Shown here one piece after another: positions 60,663 through 64,000 of a stretch of 64,000 bases of DNA. Under the pieces are notes generated by a model. The model searched no databases, was not told the origin of the DNA, and saw only the letters and a list, made by a program, of their open reading frames with translations. The translations under genes and the position numbers were made by a program. Each line of letters opens with the position of its first letter. Position 1 is the stretch's first letter. This stretch comes from Heptranchias perlo (Eukaryota), in NCBI RefSeq assembly GCF_035084215.1, contig NW_027138407.1, positions 744,001-808,000 on the forward strand. Direction: 5' to 3'.

Positions 60663-60689
60663 CCTCTCTGAGAGCTGCAAAATCACCCA

Positions 60690-61270
60690 CGTGCATTTAA
60701 ACAGCGCCTTTAACTTAGTGAAACGTCCCAAGGCGGATTATCAAACAAAATTTGGAAACCGAGCCACATAAGGAGACATTGGAACATTTGGTCAAAGAGA
60801 TAGGTTTTAAGGAGCGTCTTACAGGAGGAGAGAGAGGTGGAGAGGCGGAGAGATTTAGGGAGGGGATTCCAGAACTTAGGACATAGGCAGCTGAAGGCAC
60901 GGCCGCTAATGGTGGGATGAAGGAAGTGAAGGATGCGCAAGAGACCAGAGTTGGAAGAACGCAGAGCTCTCGGAGGCTTGTCGAGTTGGAAGAGGTTACA
61001 GAGATAGGGAAGGGTGAGGCCATGGAGGCATTTGAAAACAAGGACGAGAATTTGAAAATGGAGGTGCTGTTAGACTGGGAGCCAATGTAGGTCAGGGAGC
61101 ACAGGGGTGATAGGTGAGAGGGACTTGGTGCAAGTTAGGATTGGGGCAGCAGAGTTTTGGATAAGATCAAGTTTACGGAAGGTGCAACTTGGGAGGCCGG
61201 CCAGGAAAGCATTAAAATTGTCGAGTCTGGAGGTAACAAAGGCACTGATAAGGGTTTAAGTAGCAGGTGA
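60690..61270 (-). mobile_element. L2-type LINE 3' fragment
   Basis: GRAFSC..FWNPLPKSLRLS..KTLLKTYLF. Confidence 0.85.
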
Positions 61271-62264
61271 GTTTATAATGTAAATATGATAGTCACCAGG
61301 GTCTAATAGTTCATTTTTTAAAAATGTAAGGCGACGAACAGACGTAGCAGTAGTCCCCTCTTTCGACAATGCAACATACATTTAGACCTTTAAGATCTAC
61401 ATGCACTTTCTGGCAATTCCTGTTCACCTTCCAGCTTTAAATTCCCATTGCAACATTTAATGGAAACTTCCTATGTAAACATGTCACGCTGGTCTTACAC
61501 TCAACTCCTGGTAGAGGTGCTACGGAGTCCCACTGCAGGAGGGTGTAATTGCGGCACTCAAATATTTTACATTGTACATGTGGACAGAGAATTATGTAGA
61601 ATGTGCAGCATGCAAACAGGACATTCGGCCCAACTGGTCCGTGCCAGTGTTTATGCTGCCCTCGAGCCTCCTCCTACCCCTGTTCATCTAACCGTATCAG
61701 CATGACCTTTTATTCCTTTCTACCTCATGTGTTTATTTAGCATCCCCTTAAATGCATCTATGCTATTCGCCTCATTTGCTCCAGGTGGTAGCGAGTTCCA
61801 CATTCTCACCACTCTCTGGGTAAATAAATTTCACCTGAATTCACTATTGGATTTATTAGTGACTATCTTATATTTATAACCTCAATTTTGGACTCACCCA
61901 CAAGTACAAACATTTTCTCTACGTCTTCCCTATCGAACTCCTTCATAATCTTAAAGACCTCTATCAGGTCACCCCTCAGCCTTCTCTTTTCTAGAGAAAA
62001 ATGCGCCAGCCTGTTTAGTCTTTCCTGGTATCATCCTTGTAAACAGGAATTTATAGTGGGAAAAATAACAATAGCGACAGAATGTAAGGACTGAATTACC
62101 CCCGCGCATCCTGATACTGTATCATCCGGCTTCTAACCTCACTTGATCTGAACACTAACGTGATCTCGACTTGGGAGATCAATAAATGCTGCTTTAATTG
62201 CTGTGCATTTGGCAACTTTCAGCAAGCTCCAGTCTCAGAAATGCAGCGTTTTGGGACTTTATCA

Positions 62265-62700
62265 ACCGTGGCTCGGTGGGTAGCACTCTTGCTTCGGGGT
62301 CAGACGATTGTAGGTTCAGCTCTTACTCCAGGAACTTCAGCACAAAATTTAACCTGCCAGTACTGAGGGAGTGGTGCTCTCTTTGGGGTGAGGTATTAAC
62401 ACGAGGGCCTAGCAGCCCCCTCAGGTGAACGTGAAAAACCCTGTGGCACTATTTGAAGAGGAGCAGGGGAGTTCTCCCCGGTGTCCTGGCCTATATTTAT
62501 CCTTCAACCAACATCCAAAAACAGATGGTCTGGTCATTATCACGTTGCTTTTTTTGTGGGACCTTGCTGTGCGCAATTTGGCTGCCGCGTTTCCTACATT
62601 ACAAGAGTGACCACACTTCAAACGTTCTCCATTGAATATAAAGCGCTTTGGGACGACCTGTGGTCGTGAAAGGCGCTATATAAATGCAAGTCTTTCTCTC
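62265..62700 (+). mobile_element. tRNA-derived SINE with L2-type tail
   Basis: GTGGCTCGGTGGGTAGC..GGTTCAG head; AAAGGCGCTATATAAATGCAAGTC tail. Confidence 0.78.
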
Positions 62701-63254
62701 TTTTTGGAAAATATTTGATAAACAGTGAAGAGTGTTGTTGTAAGAAATCCCCGCTTTCAAATCCACTATTGAACAATGCTACAAATGCTTTTACTGAATC
62801 CATAATGAATAACTAAATGCACATTGTACTTCGAGACTGAATGACCCGGAGAAGCAACATGTGTTCATTTGATCAGCTTGCTCGAAATAACTTGCATTGT
62901 AACATTGGGCTTACGTGCATCGGCAAATGTCCCAGTGGCGCGCTGTTCTTTTCCTGAATTCTGATTGGTTAGGTCACTCAGCGGTCGCGGCCGTTCCGTT
63001 TCCTGTGCGAAACCACTATCTCTGGTTTTTAATTGTGATTGGCCATATCACAGGAAGGTGTCAGAAATGCTGCATCGTGTGTCAAAAGACCGTTCTGTCC
63101 ATTCCATATTTGTTTATAAAGCTTGCTACAGGGAATTTGAGTGTGAGAGTTGAGAGCGAACCCAGAAATGCTGCATATAATAATATAGAAATGATGACGA
63201 CAAGAATATGATGGTGACGGTGAAGAAGAAATTGACAATTCATAGAATGATAAA

Positions 63255-64000
63255 ATGGTTACAGCACAGCAGGAGGCCATTCGGTCCGTCGAGCTCTCTG
63301 CAAGAACAATCCAGCTAGTCCCACTCCCCCGCCCTTGCCCCCTACCGCTGCAACATTTTTCCCTTCAAATACTTATCCAATTCCCTTTTCAAAGCCACAA
63401 TTGAATCTGCCTCCGCCAACCTTTCAGGCAGTGCAGTCCAGATCATAACTGCTCGCTGCGTCAAAAAGTTTTTCCTCATGTCGCCTTTGATTCCTTTGCC
63501 AATTACCTTAAAGCAATCTCCTTTTGTTCTCGACCCTTCTGCCAATGGGAACAGTTTCTCCCTATCGACTCTGTCTTGAACCCTCGTGATTTTGAACACC
63601 TCTATCAAATCTCCTCTCAACCTTCTCTGCACTAAGGAGAACAACCCCAGTTTCTCCACTCTAGCTGCATAACTGAAGTCCCTGCTTCATCTTACTCTCT
63701 ATCTCTTTCATCAACCAGGGAGCTCTGGCTTTGTTTGCCGTTTGTTTCCCGAATCAACTCCTCTTTAAAGGCTGCCCATTGTTCGATTACAATTTTGCCT
63801 GCCAATCTTTGATTCCAATCTCATTGAAACATATAAAATTCTGACAGGGCGAGATAGACTGGATGCAGGGAAGATGTTTTCGCAGGCTGAGAGGTCCAGA
63901 ACGAGGGATTACAGCCTCAGGATACGGGGTAGGACATTTGGGACTGAGATGAGGAGATATTTCTTCACTCAGGGGGTCGAGAACCTGTGGAATTATCTAC
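63255..64000. mobile_element. CR1-type LINE fragments (minus 63255-63685; plus ~63820-64000)
   Basis: ORF 63342-63659 EKLGLFSL..RRLRGDLIEVFK. Confidence 0.85.

Noticed and set aside
63024-63060. GGTTTTTAA as the nonamer of a second D-delta RSS
   Set aside because: No heptamer at a 12- or 23-bp spacing and no opposing RSS

Overview
Vertebrate genomic DNA. The CR1/L2/SINE repeat content and the TCR sequences point to a cartilaginous fish (shark). The window covers the centre of the T-cell receptor alpha/delta locus, transcribed on the minus strand. In transcriptional order (high to low coordinates) it holds: one D-delta with 12/23 RSSs (60569-60583); about 15 J-delta segments and relics (60235 down to 48981; 8 look fully functional); the TRDC gene (Ig exon 47763-48080, hinge exon cut by an assembly gap, TM exon 44824-44934); a roughly 21-kb repeat-rich spacer with two CTCF-like sites and T-cell factor motif clusters; and the first 25 J-alpha segments (23210 down to 1604, each with a 12-RSS and a phase-1 splice donor). 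The last 11 J-alpha lie in a recent ~4.8-kb tandem duplication. I found no V segment and no TRAC. Nearly all long ORFs in the ORF track are LINE reverse-transcriptase fragments or a minisatellite. I see no wholly new gene system. The most striking signals are the near-identity of the D-delta and one J-delta to human TRDD3/TRDJ1, an expanded and decaying J-delta cluster, candidate TEA-like and D-delta promoter elements, and CDR3-focused divergence of the duplicated J-alpha segments. Comparisons to human, mouse and nurse shark sequences are from memory, not from a search.
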